64,000 bases of DNA from assembly GCA_963701455.1 (NCBI GenBank), contig CAVPAE010000001.1, positions 15,549 to 79,548 of the forward strand, written 5' to 3'. Below are positions 1 through 9,590 of this stretch, piece by piece. The position numbers and the translations under genes are program-made. How positions within the stretch are numbered: position 1 is the first letter of the stretch; the number at the start of each line of letters is the position of its first letter. The DNA comes from an uncultured Gammaproteobacteria bacterium (lineage in GTDB: Bacteria > Pseudomonadota > Gammaproteobacteria > UBA9214). The notes below the pieces were generated by a model. The model did not search any database. It was given only the letters and a program-made list of their open reading frames with translations, and had not been told where the DNA came from.

Positions 1-1
1 C

Positions 2-685
2 GACGCCGCCCGCATGCAGAAGCGCATTCATCACTACCGGGTTATCGAGCAGCATGCCGATGTCCCGTGGATACGCCAGACGACAGTGTTCACCTGCGGA
101 CCGGCGGCGCTGATGATGGCGATGCGCGCCATCAGCGCTGATTACACACCCTCGCTGCACGAGGAACTGCAGATCTGGCGCGAGGCCACCACCATCTTCA
201 TGACCTCGGGCCACGGCGGCTGCCATCCGCTGGGCCTCGCGCTGGCGGCTCGGCAGCGCGGCTTCCGGGCCGAGACCTGGATCAACCAGCACCAGCCGCT
301 GTTCGTTGACGGCGTGCGCGATGCCAACAAGAAACGCGTCATCGGCATGGTGCACGCAGACTACCTGCAGCAGACGGAAAAACAGGGCATCGGGATTCAT
401 TACGGCGACGTCGCCCAGGAAACCCTGATACAGGCCCTCGACAACGGCGCTATCCCGATCGTGCTGATCAGCACCTGGCGCCTCGACGGCAAGAAAGCGC
501 CGCACTGGGTGACGGTCAGCGGTTACGACAGCGAATGCCTGTACGTGCACGACCCCGACCCGGAAGAAATCAGCCAGACGCCGCTGGACTGCCAGTACCT
601 CCCCATCGCCCGCGAGGACTTTGCCCGCATTTCCTGCTTCGGCCGCAGCCGGTTGCGCACCGCGGTAATCGTGTCGCGCGGCTGA
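2..685 (+). CDS. Peptidase C39-like domain protein, 5'-truncated by the window edge (probably the C-terminal part of a GNAT acetyltransferase-C39 fusion)
   Basis: Frame is open from position 2 (DAARMQKRI...). QTTVFTCGPAALMMAM has the catalytic Q..C; PHWVTVSG and VHDPD supply His/Asp. The GGCHPLGLALAA...GF motif is typical of the GNAT-C39 family. Confidence 0.8.
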   Translation, partial: DAARMQKRIHHYRVIEQHADVPWIRQTTVFTCGPAALMMAMRAISADYTPSLHEELQIWREATTIFMTSGHGGCHPLGLALAARQRGFRAETWINQHQPLFVDGVRDANKKRVIGMVHADYLQQTEKQGIGIHYGDVAQETLIQALDNGAIPIVLISTWRLDGKKAPHWVTVSGYDSECLYVHDPDPEEISQTPLDCQYLPIAREDFARISCFGRSRLRTAVIVSRG

Positions 686-811
686 TTACGGGTCGTAGCT
701 GTCGCCGGGTTGCTGTTGCAGCAGTTGCTCCTCGCGGCGCATTTGGAGCGGCCGGCGGATACCGGTATTCGGCGGAGTCTATATGGCGTGTTTTGCCAGG
801 ATTACCCGGAG

Positions 812-1099
812 TTACTGCGGGACATCGTCACTGCCCGTCCCGGCATCAATATCAGTGCTTGCCTCGGGTTCCGCCGGTGCAGTGTAGTCTTCTACAACCG
901 GTTCCTGGGCATAGTTGCCGCCACGGGAGAGAATACAGCCGGTGACGTAGTCCTCCAGCTGTTCCGGAGGGATCCCGTATTCCTCTGCCTCCTGCCGGCA
1001 TTCCGCATCAACGTTCGCCAGAACCGGCAAGCTCAAAACCGCCACGCCGGCGCCAGCCAGCAGGGATACCAGTAACGGGGTGCCTTGTATTTTTTTCAT
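812..1099 (-). CDS. Small exported acidic hypothetical protein (95 aa)
   Basis: ATG at 1099 with GGAGA upstream. Signal peptide MKKIQGTPLLVSLLAGAGVAVLSLPVLA, two Cys and an acidic tail. Start shortened from the track ORF 812..1354. Confidence 0.65.
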   Translation of the reverse strand: MKKIQGTPLLVSLLAGAGVAVLSLPVLANVDAECRQEAEEYGIPPEQLEDYVTGCILSRGGNYAQEPVVEDYTAPAEPEASTDIDAGTGSDDVPQ

Positions 1100-1319
1100 A
1101 TTTCCATCTCCACGCAGGGCGGCCAGATGCCCTGCAGACATAAAAGACAACCGGTCGCGATTCTGACCGAAGCGGTAGCGGCGATCCTGCAACGGGACAG
1201 ACAGCCCGTACAGGAAGAAAAATCTGCCTACACAAGACTTATAAAATGAGTTGGAACGCCACACAAGTAAAATATAAGCACCCTCCCGGTGATTATTTCT
1301 TATCGATCGGTGTCCCCGG

Positions 1320-1934
1320 TTAGATACGCTGCATGGTCCTGGCGCGGATGGCATCCTCCATGTCGATTTCCTCCAGGTAGGTACTCATCCGGTTCAGCGA
1401 CTGTTCGATCTCGGGCAGGATAACGTTTTCCAGCGCCCGCGCCCGGCGCTCCGTCGACCGGTATGCCGTCAGCAGACGATAGAGATTGCCGGAAATTCCA
1501 GCCAGTTCAGCCCCCAGCGCGAAAAGCTCGCGGAATGCCTCACGGCACATGTCCGCCTCGGCGGAGGGATAGGCCGCTACCGGTGCTGAGGCCGATGCCG
1601 CTTCCGGCATGGCCGCGGCTGTTTCCAGCAAGGTTACACCCATCAGGTTGCGGCGGGATGTCTCGATGCGCACGGTATCCAGCGGCAGCGACGGATAGAC
1701 ACTCAGCCCCTGCAGACCGTGGCGTTGTACTGCGGCCTGCAGCTGCTCACGTGCTGCGCGGGTTGTTTCCCGGATTGCCTTGCTCAGGACCTCGTAGCGA
1801 TCGAGCTGCCGCAGCAGTTCAGCAGCCAGCAGCAGGCGTTTTTCGTCGAGGAAGTCATAGGCCTCTTCCACCACACCCTGCTCGGCCCGGAGTTCCAGTA
1901 CCGCTGCCCGGGTGGGCGCCTGTTCCGCATCCAT
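1320..1934 (-). CDS. ntpD: A/V-type ATP synthase subunit D
   Basis: PTRAAVLEL...LDEKRLLL at the N-terminus and TERRARALENVILPEI at the C-terminus; last gene of the operon, TGATG overlap with subunit B. Confidence 0.93.
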   Translation of the reverse strand: MDAEQAPTRAAVLELRAEQGVVEEAYDFLDEKRLLLAAELLRQLDRYEVLSKAIRETTRAAREQLQAAVQRHGLQGLSVYPSLPLDTVRIETSRRNLMGVTLLETAAAMPEAASASAPVAAYPSAEADMCREAFRELFALGAELAGISGNLYRLLTAYRSTERRARALENVILPEIEQSLNRMSTYLEEIDMEDAIRARTMQRI

Positions 1935-3322
1935 CAGGGCGACTCCGCAGGATTGATGTATTGCCTGATCTGCCGGTCGTTGAGCCGGTGCAGTTCCGAC
2001 GCAGGCAGACTGCGCAACAGTTGCCAGGCAATCGCCATACTCTCCTCCAGCGTCCTGGCACTGGCCTGGTTCACCAGTTCCCGCTCGAAAATATCACCAA
2101 AATCGAGAAACTGCCGGTCGGTTTCTGCCAGGCCTTCGCGGCCAACGACACTCGCCAGCACCCGCACGTGAACCGCACGGGCGTAGGCGGCATACAACTG
2201 GTTCGAAAGATCCGGATGGTCGGCATCGGTGTAGCCTTTGCCGGTGCCGTCTTTCATCAGCCGTGACAGGGACGGCAGCACCTTGACCGGCGGATAGATG
2301 CCGGCACGGTCGAGGTCACGATCGAGCACGATCTGGCCCTCGGTGATGTAGCCGGTCAGATCGGGAACGGGATGGGTGATGTCATCGGAGGGCATGGTCA
2401 GTATCGGCAGCTGGGTCAGCGAGCCCGGCCGCCCTTCCAGGCTGCCGGCGCGCTCGTAGAGCGTCGCCAGGTCCGAGTAGAGATAGCCCGGGAAGCCCTT
2501 GCGGCTGGGAACCTCGCCGTGGCTGGCCGAGACCTCGCGCAGTGCCTCGCAGTAATTCGTCATGTCCGTCATGATGACCAGCACATGCTTGCCCTCCATG
2601 AAGGCAAGGTATTCCGCGGCAGTCAGGGCATAGCGGGGCGTCAGCAGGCGCTGGGTACTGGAGTCGGAGGCCAGGTTGAGGAACAGCACGGCGTGTTCCA
2701 GCGCCCCGCTGTCTTCCATGGCACTGCGGAAATACTCCGCGGTATCGTAGGGCACGCCGATGGCGACAAACACCATGGCGAACTCTCCTGCGGCAGTGTC
2801 GCGGATATGCGCCTGGCGCGAAATCTGAATGGCCAGGCGGTCGTGTGGCAGGCCGGCACCCGAAAAAATCGGCAGCTTCTGCCCGCGCACCAGGCTGTTC
2901 ATGAGATCAATGGTGGATACGCCGGTTTCTATAAAGTCTTTCGGCGTGGCGCGCGCGGCAGGACTGATCGCCATGCCATCGATGCGCAGGCTCTTTTCCG
3001 CCGAGACCGGTGGCCCGCCGTCGATCGCACGCCCCACCCCGTCGAATACCCGGCCGAGAATTTCCGGCCCCACAGAAAAATGCAGCGGTTCGCCCATGAA
3101 GCGCACCCGGGTATCCGACAACCCCAGCCCGGCCGTGGACTCCAGCACTTCGACGGTCACGATCTCCTCGTCCAGCGCCACCACCCGACCCAGCCGCACG
3201 TGTCCCTCGCTGTCCTCGACCTCGACTGCCTCGTTCAGGCCCGCATTGACCGTGCGCCGCAGAAACAGCAGCGGCCCTTCCAGCCGGGTCACGGCATCGA
3301 TGACTTCTATCTCAGTCCGCAT
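1934..3322 (-). CDS. ntpB: A/V-type ATP synthase subunit B
   Basis: LVRGQKLPIFSGAGLPH, TDMTNYCEALREVS, PSRKGFPGYLYSDLATLYERAG, THPVPDLTGYITEGQIVL, PSLSRLMK. Confidence 0.97.
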   Translation of the reverse strand: MRTEIEVIDAVTRLEGPLLFLRRTVNAGLNEAVEVEDSEGHVRLGRVVALDEEIVTVEVLESTAGLGLSDTRVRFMGEPLHFSVGPEILGRVFDGVGRAIDGGPPVSAEKSLRIDGMAISPAARATPKDFIETGVSTIDLMNSLVRGQKLPIFSGAGLPHDRLAIQISRQAHIRDTAAGEFAMVFVAIGVPYDTAEYFRSAMEDSGALEHAVLFLNLASDSSTQRLLTPRYALTAAEYLAFMEGKHVLVIMTDMTNYCEALREVSASHGEVPSRKGFPGYLYSDLATLYERAGSLEGRPGSLTQLPILTMPSDDITHPVPDLTGYITEGQIVLDRDLDRAGIYPPVKVLPSLSRLMKDGTGKGYTDADHPDLSNQLYAAYARAVHVRVLASVVGREGLAETDRQFLDFGDIFERELVNQASARTLEESMAIAWQLLRSLPASELHRLNDRQIRQYINPAESP

Positions 3323-5087
3323 CGCGCGCTGCCTGCGTGGTCAAGCGGGTGCATTCGACTTCCAGTTCGTGCCGCAACGCATCGAATTTGTCGAGTTCGT
3401 CATCACCGATCTCCTCTCCCATACGGCGCAGACGCCGCATCACCGGCAGTGTATTGATCGCCTCCACGCTCACCTTGAGGGCAACGGCCTTCTCCGACTG
3501 GTCGATGAAATGGCTGATCAGCTTCATCATCGCGATCTGGCGGGCCGGCATACAAAAACGGTCCAGTTCCGAGAACGCAGACTGGCGCAGGAATGCCTCG
3601 TTGATCAGCTCCGCGCACAGCAGGACATGCTGCTGCCGCGGCGGCAGGGCATCCTTGCCGACGATGCGCGCCATGCGTTCCAGGTGTGCCTGTTCCTCCA
3701 GCAGCCCCAGGAAACGCCGCCGCTGCTCCAGCCAGTCGGGATTGCCGTGCTGGTTCCAGAAGTGACTCAGCACCTCGATGTCCTGCGAGTAGGATTGCAG
3801 GGGGTGAACCGCGGGGTAGAAGCGTGCCTGTGCACGCGTGGCATCCAGCGCCCAGAAACAGCGCACATAGCGCCGGGTATGCGTGGTCACCGGCTCGGAA
3901 AAATCCGCCGACGGCGGGCTGACCGCACCGATGATACTGAGCGAACCGACCTCGCCGCTGAGGGTGCGCACATGTGCCGCTCGCTCATAAAAGTCTGCCT
4001 GGCGGCTGCTGAGGTAAGCCGGGTAGCCCGCCTCGCCTGGCAACTCGCCCAGGCGCCCCGACACCTCGCGCAAGGCTTCCGCCCAGCGACTGGTGGAATC
4101 CGCCATCAGCGCAACGCGCATGCCCTGGTCACGGAAATACTCGCCCACCGTTACCGCGGTATAGATGCTGGCCTCGCGTGCGGAAACCGGCATGTTCGAG
4201 GTGTTGGCTATGATGACCGTCCGTTCCATGAGCGGGCGGCCGGTACGCGGGTCCTCCAGCGCAGGAAACTCGTGCAGCACCCCGGCCATTTCATTGCCGC
4301 GTTCACCGCAGCCCACGTAGATAATGATGTCGGCATCGCACCACTTGGCGAGGGTCTCCTGCAGCACGGTTTTACCGGTGCCGAAACCGCCCGGCATGGC
4401 CGCGCGACCGCCACAGGCAAGCGGAAAAATGCTGTCGAGTACCCGCTGCCCCGTGAACAGCGGCCCTTCCACGGCAGTGCGCGCCGCGACAGGTCGCGGC
4501 CGCCTGACCGGCCAGCGATGACTCATGGCAATTTCGTGAGTCGCGCCCTGCGCGTCGCGCAGCACGCACACGGGTAAACGCTCCGGGTAGCTTCCCGGCT
4601 CCGCAACCCTGACAACCTCCCCCTGCACACCCGGCGGTACCAGGCAGCGCTGTGGACGCGCGTCGCTGCGGGAGACGCTGCCGAAGACAGCACCTCCCGC
4701 CAGTCGTTCACCAGCAGCCACCGTTGGCCTGAAGTCGAAAGTCTGCCCGTGGTCCCGTGAGGCGACGCCGGGTTCTACATAGGTCACCTGTCGGGCAAGC
4801 GGGCGCAGCAGGCCATCGAAGATATTGCCCAGCAGGCCGGGCCCCAGTCGCACCGACAACTGCGACCCGGTAGCCGTCAGTACATCGCCGGGGCGCAGAC
4901 CGGTAGTGTCCTCGTAGACCTGGATAACCACTTCGTCCCCGGCAATGCGAATCACTTCCCCCAGCAGACGCTGATGACCCACCAGCGTGGCCTCGTTGAC
5001 ATGAAACGCACCGCGGGTCCGCGCACGCAGCACCGGACCGCTGATCCAGGTGATGGTTGCCTCTGCCATAGGGGTATCCGGACTCAT
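3312..5087 (-). CDS. ntpA: A/V-type ATP synthase subunit A (catalytic)
   Basis: Walker A GGFGTGKT, VGCGERGNEM, ANTSNMPVSAREASIYT, ADSTSRWAEALREVSGRLGELPGEAGYPAYL; the non-homologous region typical of A/V subunit A is present. Confidence 0.97.
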   Translation of the reverse strand: MSPDTPMAEATITWISGPVLRARTRGAFHVNEATLVGHQRLLGEVIRIAGDEVVIQVYEDTTGLRPGDVLTATGSQLSVRLGPGLLGNIFDGLLRPLARQVTYVEPGVASRDHGQTFDFRPTVAAGERLAGGAVFGSVSRSDARPQRCLVPPGVQGEVVRVAEPGSYPERLPVCVLRDAQGATHEIAMSHRWPVRRPRPVAARTAVEGPLFTGQRVLDSIFPLACGGRAAMPGGFGTGKTVLQETLAKWCDADIIIYVGCGERGNEMAGVLHEFPALEDPRTGRPLMERTVIIANTSNMPVSAREASIYTAVTVGEYFRDQGMRVALMADSTSRWAEALREVSGRLGELPGEAGYPAYLSSRQADFYERAAHVRTLSGEVGSLSIIGAVSPPSADFSEPVTTHTRRYVRCFWALDATRAQARFYPAVHPLQSYSQDIEVLSHFWNQHGNPDWLEQRRRFLGLLEEQAHLERMARIVGKDALPPRQQHVLLCAELINEAFLRQSAFSELDRFCMPARQIAMMKLISHFIDQSEKAVALKVSVEAINTLPVMRRLRRMGEEIGDDELDKFDALRHELEVECTRLTTQAARDAD

Positions 5088-5096
5088 GGGCAGCGC

Positions 5097-5759
5097 CTAA
5101 TTCCCGGCGAGCCGCGCTTTGTCCGCATGCTTGCGGCGGCATTCGTTCAGGGTTGCCAGCATCATTGCCTGGATACGGGTGCGCGCCCGCAACAACCCTG
5201 CATGGGTAGCATCGATACAGGTCGGACCGGCACAGATGCGCAACCCTGCCTTAATCTGTGGCTGCGCCACAAACACCGGCGGCGCGCCCAGGTCTTTCTC
5301 CAGCCGCTTGCCCAGTGCCGTGCGCTCCTGCTCCGGCCAGTCCGCGGGATGCTCGATATTCCAGTGCCGGTCGAGCAGCATTGCCAGGGCCTGCTCGACC
5401 AGGTTGTCTATCCAGAGTGTGCGGCTGTCCTGTCGTTGCCAGCGCTGCAGCAGGCCTTCACCCAGTGGCGCCCATGCACGGGTCAGCAGCGCCTCGTCGG
5501 CACGATGGCGGTGCAGTCGCAGGTGTGTCTGCCGTTTTGCCAGCGCCGATGCCAGTTGTTGCCGGGCCTCCTCACGCGTGGCCAGCAGCTTGTTATGCAG
5601 CCGCTCGCGCGCCTCGCGATGGGCCTGCCGCAGCAACTGCCGCGCCTGGTCGCGGGCTGCGTCCAGCAACACCCTGCAGCGCTCATCACGGTTGCGTTCA
5701 ACAACCTGCAGCAGGTTCTGCAGCTGTGCGTCGACGACGCCTGGCGTTTGATTATTCAC
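5097..5759 (-). CDS. ntpE: A/V-type ATP synthase subunit E (peripheral stalk)
   Basis: Helical R/A/Q-rich N-terminus, C-terminal IKAGLRICAGPTCIDAT, and operon position between F and A. Confidence 0.75.
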   Translation of the reverse strand: MNNQTPGVVDAQLQNLLQVVERNRDERCRVLLDAARDQARQLLRQAHREARERLHNKLLATREEARQQLASALAKRQTHLRLHRHRADEALLTRAWAPLGEGLLQRWQRQDSRTLWIDNLVEQALAMLLDRHWNIEHPADWPEQERTALGKRLEKDLGAPPVFVAQPQIKAGLRICAGPTCIDATHAGLLRARTRIQAMMLATLNECRRKHADKARLAGN

Positions 5760-6052
5760 TCGAGCACACCCAGCTGGCGTCGCATCCGGAGCGCCATGTC
5801 ATCCGAACCGGCCAGCCCGTGTACATCCGGCACCACGACCACCGGCGGTGTATCCCGGGCAAGCAGCCGCTGCAGCTGTGCCTCGGGAAGCCAGCGCGCA
5901 ACCCCGGCACTGAGCAGTACCAGCGGAGCATCCTCGCAGGCTGTCGCCAGTACCGCGTCCAGTTCGTCCCGGCCAGGCACACGCACCCGCAGTCCCGCCA
6001 GGCGGTAACCGCAGGCACTGACTTCATCACCAATAAATACCGGGACTGACAT
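5756..6052 (-). CDS. ntpF: A/V-type ATP synthase subunit F
   Basis: VFIGDEVSACGYRLAGL N-terminus and VVVVPD; 98 aa. Confidence 0.88.
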   Translation of the reverse strand: MSVPVFIGDEVSACGYRLAGLRVRVPGRDELDAVLATACEDAPLVLLSAGVARWLPEAQLQRLLARDTPPVVVVPDVHGLAGSDDMALRMRRQLGVLE

Positions 6053-6068
6053 CGTGAGCCGCTACTGG

Positions 6069-6413
6069 CTAGAGAATCCGGTTCAGGATAAGGATCGAAA
6101 CGATCAGGCCATAAATGGCGATACCTTCCGCCAGCCCGACCATAATAAGCGCCCGGCCAAGCAGTTCGGGCTTTTCAGCCAGCGCCCCGATTGCCGCACT
6201 GCCCACGCCGGCAACGGCAATACCGGCACCGAGCGAAGACAGGCCGGTTGCGAGGGCTGCCGCGACAAAACCCCACTGCACCGCACCCGCGGGCAGCAGC
6301 ACCTCCGCCCCGGCAGCGCTGGCGGGAGACCACCACAACATTAGCGTGGCAGCAATACCCAGCAGTAATGCACCGATCGACCAAACAGTCAGACTTCTGA
6401 TACCCAGCATCAC
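6069..6413 (-). CDS. ntpK: A/V-type ATP synthase proteolipid subunit K/c with an N-terminal hydrophobic extension
   Basis: GLSSLGAGIAVAGVGSAAIGALAEKPELLGRALIMVGLAEGIAIYGLIVSILIL: one hairpin with the conserved Glu. Confidence 0.93.
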   Translation of the reverse strand: MMLGIRSLTVWSIGALLLGIAATLMLWWSPASAAGAEVLLPAGAVQWGFVAAALATGLSSLGAGIAVAGVGSAAIGALAEKPELLGRALIMVGLAEGIAIYGLIVSILILNRIL

Positions 6414-8248
6414 GTTACTCTCCTGATTCCGACAGTTGCAGCAGGTGCGGCCAGCGGGCGGAACATCCGCCCGGAACCGCGCAAAAAGCGAATAAAGAAC
6501 TCAAACAGGATCAAGCGGGTAGTCTGGATTGTCACCACCAGACCTTCAAGCATTATAACCACCAGGTTGCCCAGCAACAGGATCAGGAAAGCGGCGACCG
6601 GGCTGGCCGTCGCGTCCGCCATGATGATGAACGCCAGGGACAGGCCGCCATGGGCAAGGGCAAACGCGCCGACGCGTACGAAAGACACCGTATTGATCAG
6701 CAGCTGCAGGATATTTTCAAGCAGCGTACCGGCCGCGGCCAGCAGGGTCGGCCCGAAGCGCGCATGCGGCTGCAGCAGGCTGCCGCAGAAATACCACGCC
6801 AGGGCGAAGCCGGCGACCGGCACAGCGCCGGGCTGGAAGAAACTGGCAATCAGGGCAAGGTAAAGCACAAGGACGGCGGCTTCGACCTGAAACCACTGGC
6901 GAATTTCTCCACGCCAGTACGACTCCACGGCATTCAGCAGCAGGCCGAGCAGCAGGATGACAACGCCGCCCGCCAGCGGCACCAGCAGTACCGGCAGCGG
7001 ATCCTCGACCGGGTGCAGCCACAGGGCAGGCAGGATATCCTCGCGGCCGAACACGCTGCCGAACACCAGCCCGAATACCATCGCGGCAAAACCATTGGCA
7101 ATGAGGATGCGCGCTACCGGCCAGCGTCGCTGCAGCACCACCCCGGCCAGCAGCAGCACCAGTCCGTGTCCCACATCACCGAACATGTAGCCGAATAGCA
7201 GGGGCGCCAGCACGGCCAGCAGCCGGCTGGGGTCCGCCTCGTCGCGTGACGGTGTGCCCAGCATGCGTGCGAACAATTCGAATGGCTGTGCCCACCAGGG
7301 ATTCTGCATCACCATGGGGGCATCGGCATCGCGTGGAGGTAACGGGAAATGCAGCACCGCATCGACCCCGGCCGACTGCAAGGCAGCGGTCAGCCGGCCA
7401 TCGCCGAGATCGCTGGTCCAGCCGGTAACCCAGGCAAAGTTTTCCGACACCGGCAAGGTACTCACATGGGTAATAAACCAGTCCAGCCGGTAGATGTCAC
7501 CCAGCGCCTCGGGCAGGTGGTGCGCCGCAGCCAGCTGGTCGATTTCCCCCCGGGTCTGCTGCAACCCGGCATTGATGGCCGCATTGCGGCGCAAAATCTG
7601 TTGCAGGGCCGAACGGCGCGTGCCCTGCAGCGTCGGCGGAATCTCGACGACCCTGGCCTTGTGCGCCGCCAACTCCGTTCCCAGCGCGTCCAGGTCAGCC
7701 GGCTGGCCGACGGCCAGCAGGAAGTCATGGTCATCGGTGCTGACCCGGGAGGTCAGCAGGTTGCCCGGCAGGTGTTCGATACGACTGTGCCCCGGCACTG
7801 CGAAAATCCGCGTTGCCAGTGTCCCGGCCGGCCGGGCAAGCAGGGCAAAATCCAGTGTCTCGCCCCGGGCATGTCCCAGCATCGACTCCAGCAGTTGTAA
7901 TTCCGTCTGTTCGTTGATTAATGACTCAAGGGAAAGAATCAACGGACGCGCGGCGGTTTCCCAGTCACGCAACCGCTGCAGGGCGGCATCCAGCACTACG
8001 ACAGGCTTGCCAGGTGCCGTCGCTGGCCGCAACCGGGTCTGCGGCCAGTACGGTTGATAGCGACGTGCCAGCCGGTTGAATTCTTCCATTCGCTCCTGCA
8101 GGTTTTGCAGACTGAAGGCGCTATGCGTGCTGCTGTGTGTTTCCAGTTCGATGCTGCCCGTTGCCGCCAGGGTCTCGACGGCCAGGGTCAGGTGTTCCCT
8201 GGTGGTCAGCAACTCGAACCAGCGAGCCCGTGCGGGACGCATGCTCAT
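6410..8248 (-). CDS. ntpI: A/V-type ATP synthase subunit I/a
   Basis: True start MSMRP at 8248 (ATGA overlap with subunit C). FGYMFGDVGHG and NTVSFVRVGAFALAH (essential Arg), LEGLVVTIQTTRLILFEFF. Confidence 0.95.
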   Translation of the reverse strand: MSMRPARARWFELLTTREHLTLAVETLAATGSIELETHSSTHSAFSLQNLQERMEEFNRLARRYQPYWPQTRLRPATAPGKPVVVLDAALQRLRDWETAARPLILSLESLINEQTELQLLESMLGHARGETLDFALLARPAGTLATRIFAVPGHSRIEHLPGNLLTSRVSTDDHDFLLAVGQPADLDALGTELAAHKARVVEIPPTLQGTRRSALQQILRRNAAINAGLQQTRGEIDQLAAAHHLPEALGDIYRLDWFITHVSTLPVSENFAWVTGWTSDLGDGRLTAALQSAGVDAVLHFPLPPRDADAPMVMQNPWWAQPFELFARMLGTPSRDEADPSRLLAVLAPLLFGYMFGDVGHGLVLLLAGVVLQRRWPVARILIANGFAAMVFGLVFGSVFGREDILPALWLHPVEDPLPVLLVPLAGGVVILLLGLLLNAVESYWRGEIRQWFQVEAAVLVLYLALIASFFQPGAVPVAGFALAWYFCGSLLQPHARFGPTLLAAAGTLLENILQLLINTVSFVRVGAFALAHGGLSLAFIIMADATASPVAAFLILLLGNLVVIMLEGLVVTIQTTRLILFEFFIRFLRGSGRMFRPLAAPAATVGIRRVT

Positions 8249-9015
8249 GCGCGTCCTTCCACGGTCTCTGCAAACAGCGCCCGCTGCAGCAGTTCCCCCC
8301 GCAACTGCTGCAGGTCCAGCGCGACCAGCCCCAGGTGCGCACAGGCAGCTGCCGGTTCGAAACTGTAACGCCGGAAGACATAGCCCAGGCCTGCAACCAG
8401 CTGCTGCCGTGGCAACCCGCTCGCTGCCGCAGGCCCTCCGCCAGGTTGCTGCAGGTACTGGCGCAACAAGCGGCCGAGATGTGCGAGTCCCGCGGCAAAG
8501 CGCTGTGACGCCGGCCACTGGCGCCGCCACCTTTCCAGCCAGGCTTTATGCAGCGGATCGCCGCGCTGCCAGGCAACGGCCAGGTAGTCGCAGTCGGAGT
8601 TATGCAGTGCTTCAAATCTCGAAGCCAGGTTTTCGGATGTAAAAGGACGCAGTTCGGCATCCTCGAGCAACCATGCCGTTGCGGCCTCTCCACGCAACAG
8701 GTACTGCAGCGCGGGCAGGTCCGGCAGGCGTTTTACCGGGCGCACCACGGCACCCCAGTTCCCGGGCAACCAGCCGGCCACCTCGTCAGTGTAACGACGA
8801 AAATGCTGTCGCAGTGACAGCTCCAGGGTATGGCTGGTCTGGGTCGCCTGCAGTCCCAGCACCCAGGGACGCAGCGTGGTTTGCTGTGCCTGCTGCAGGA
8901 AATTGGCAAGGTCACCCGTGCTGGCCAGGCGTCGCCATAGCTGTTCCGTCGGACGCATGCCGTGGCGCGCCTGCAGGCGCGACTGCGCGTAGGCAAAGCG
9001 CGCGCCGTGGCTCAT
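8245..9015 (-). CDS. ntpC: A/V-type ATP synthase subunit C/d-like
   Basis: FAYAQSRLQARHG resembles the AhaC/NtpC N-terminus; coupled to both neighbours by ATGA overlaps. Confidence 0.7.
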   Translation of the reverse strand: MSHGARFAYAQSRLQARHGMRPTEQLWRRLASTGDLANFLQQAQQTTLRPWVLGLQATQTSHTLELSLRQHFRRYTDEVAGWLPGNWGAVVRPVKRLPDLPALQYLLRGEAATAWLLEDAELRPFTSENLASRFEALHNSDCDYLAVAWQRGDPLHKAWLERWRRQWPASQRFAAGLAHLGRLLRQYLQQPGGGPAAASGLPRQQLVAGLGYVFRRYSFEPAAACAHLGLVALDLQQLRGELLQRALFAETVEGRA

Positions 9016-9395
9016 CCTTTCGCGTCTCCGCCATTACCGCCACGGGAGACACCCCCGGTCAGACAGATGGCAATTTCTTCAATGCACTCGGCAAGCCCGG
9101 TCTCGTCAATCCGGTAACTTTCCTCCTGCCTCTCCCGGGTCTGACTTTCAGCTCTCTCCAGCTGCTTGATCTCCTCGGCCACCTGCTGGAGACAGCGCGT
9201 CTGCATGAGTGAGATCCGGATATCCGTGCGGCTGGCAATACGGCTGGTCTGTAATTGCGCCGCTTGCAGAATATTGCCGGCCTCTGCTTCGCACTCCGCC
9301 ACCGCACGCTCGGCGTCGCGCTCCGCCTGGAGCACCCGGTTCATTGCCTGTTCCGCCCGTCCGGTTGCCGAATCGCTGGAATTGTTGTTTGCCAT
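9012..9395 (-). CDS. A/V-type ATP synthase subunit G/H-like (stalk)
   Basis: AMNRVLQAERDAERAVAECEAEAGNIL coiled coil; first gene of the operon. Confidence 0.65.
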   Translation of the reverse strand: MANNNSSDSATGRAEQAMNRVLQAERDAERAVAECEAEAGNILQAAQLQTSRIASRTDIRISLMQTRCLQQVAEEIKQLERAESQTRERQEESYRIDETGLAECIEEIAICLTGGVSRGGNGGDAKG

Positions 9396-9590
9396 GCTAT
9401 GGGTGTCCTGTTGAGGTTACAAAACTGCAGGCCAGCCCCGCGCCGTTCAAGGGGTGCGTATCGGCAACTGTCTCACCGCGACTCCAGAGTGGAATCGTCT
9501 CCGACAACCTGCCGGGAATGAAAGGCACGTTTGCATACCGGAAACGGCCGACTTCGGATTCCCCATCCAGACCGGACCTGCGATAACACG

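Noticed and set aside
2829-4577. 582-aa plus-strand ORF and other long antisense ORFs (for example 23204..25075, 9607..10806, 55849..57354, 32845..33915)
   Set aside because: They are shadows of well-supported genes on the opposite strand, expected in high-GC DNA, and carry no recognisable motifs.
8249-8530. N-terminal extension of the subunit I ORF in the track (6410..8530)
   Set aside because: It overlaps subunit C in another frame; the ATGA-coupled start at 8248 gives a normal-sized subunit.
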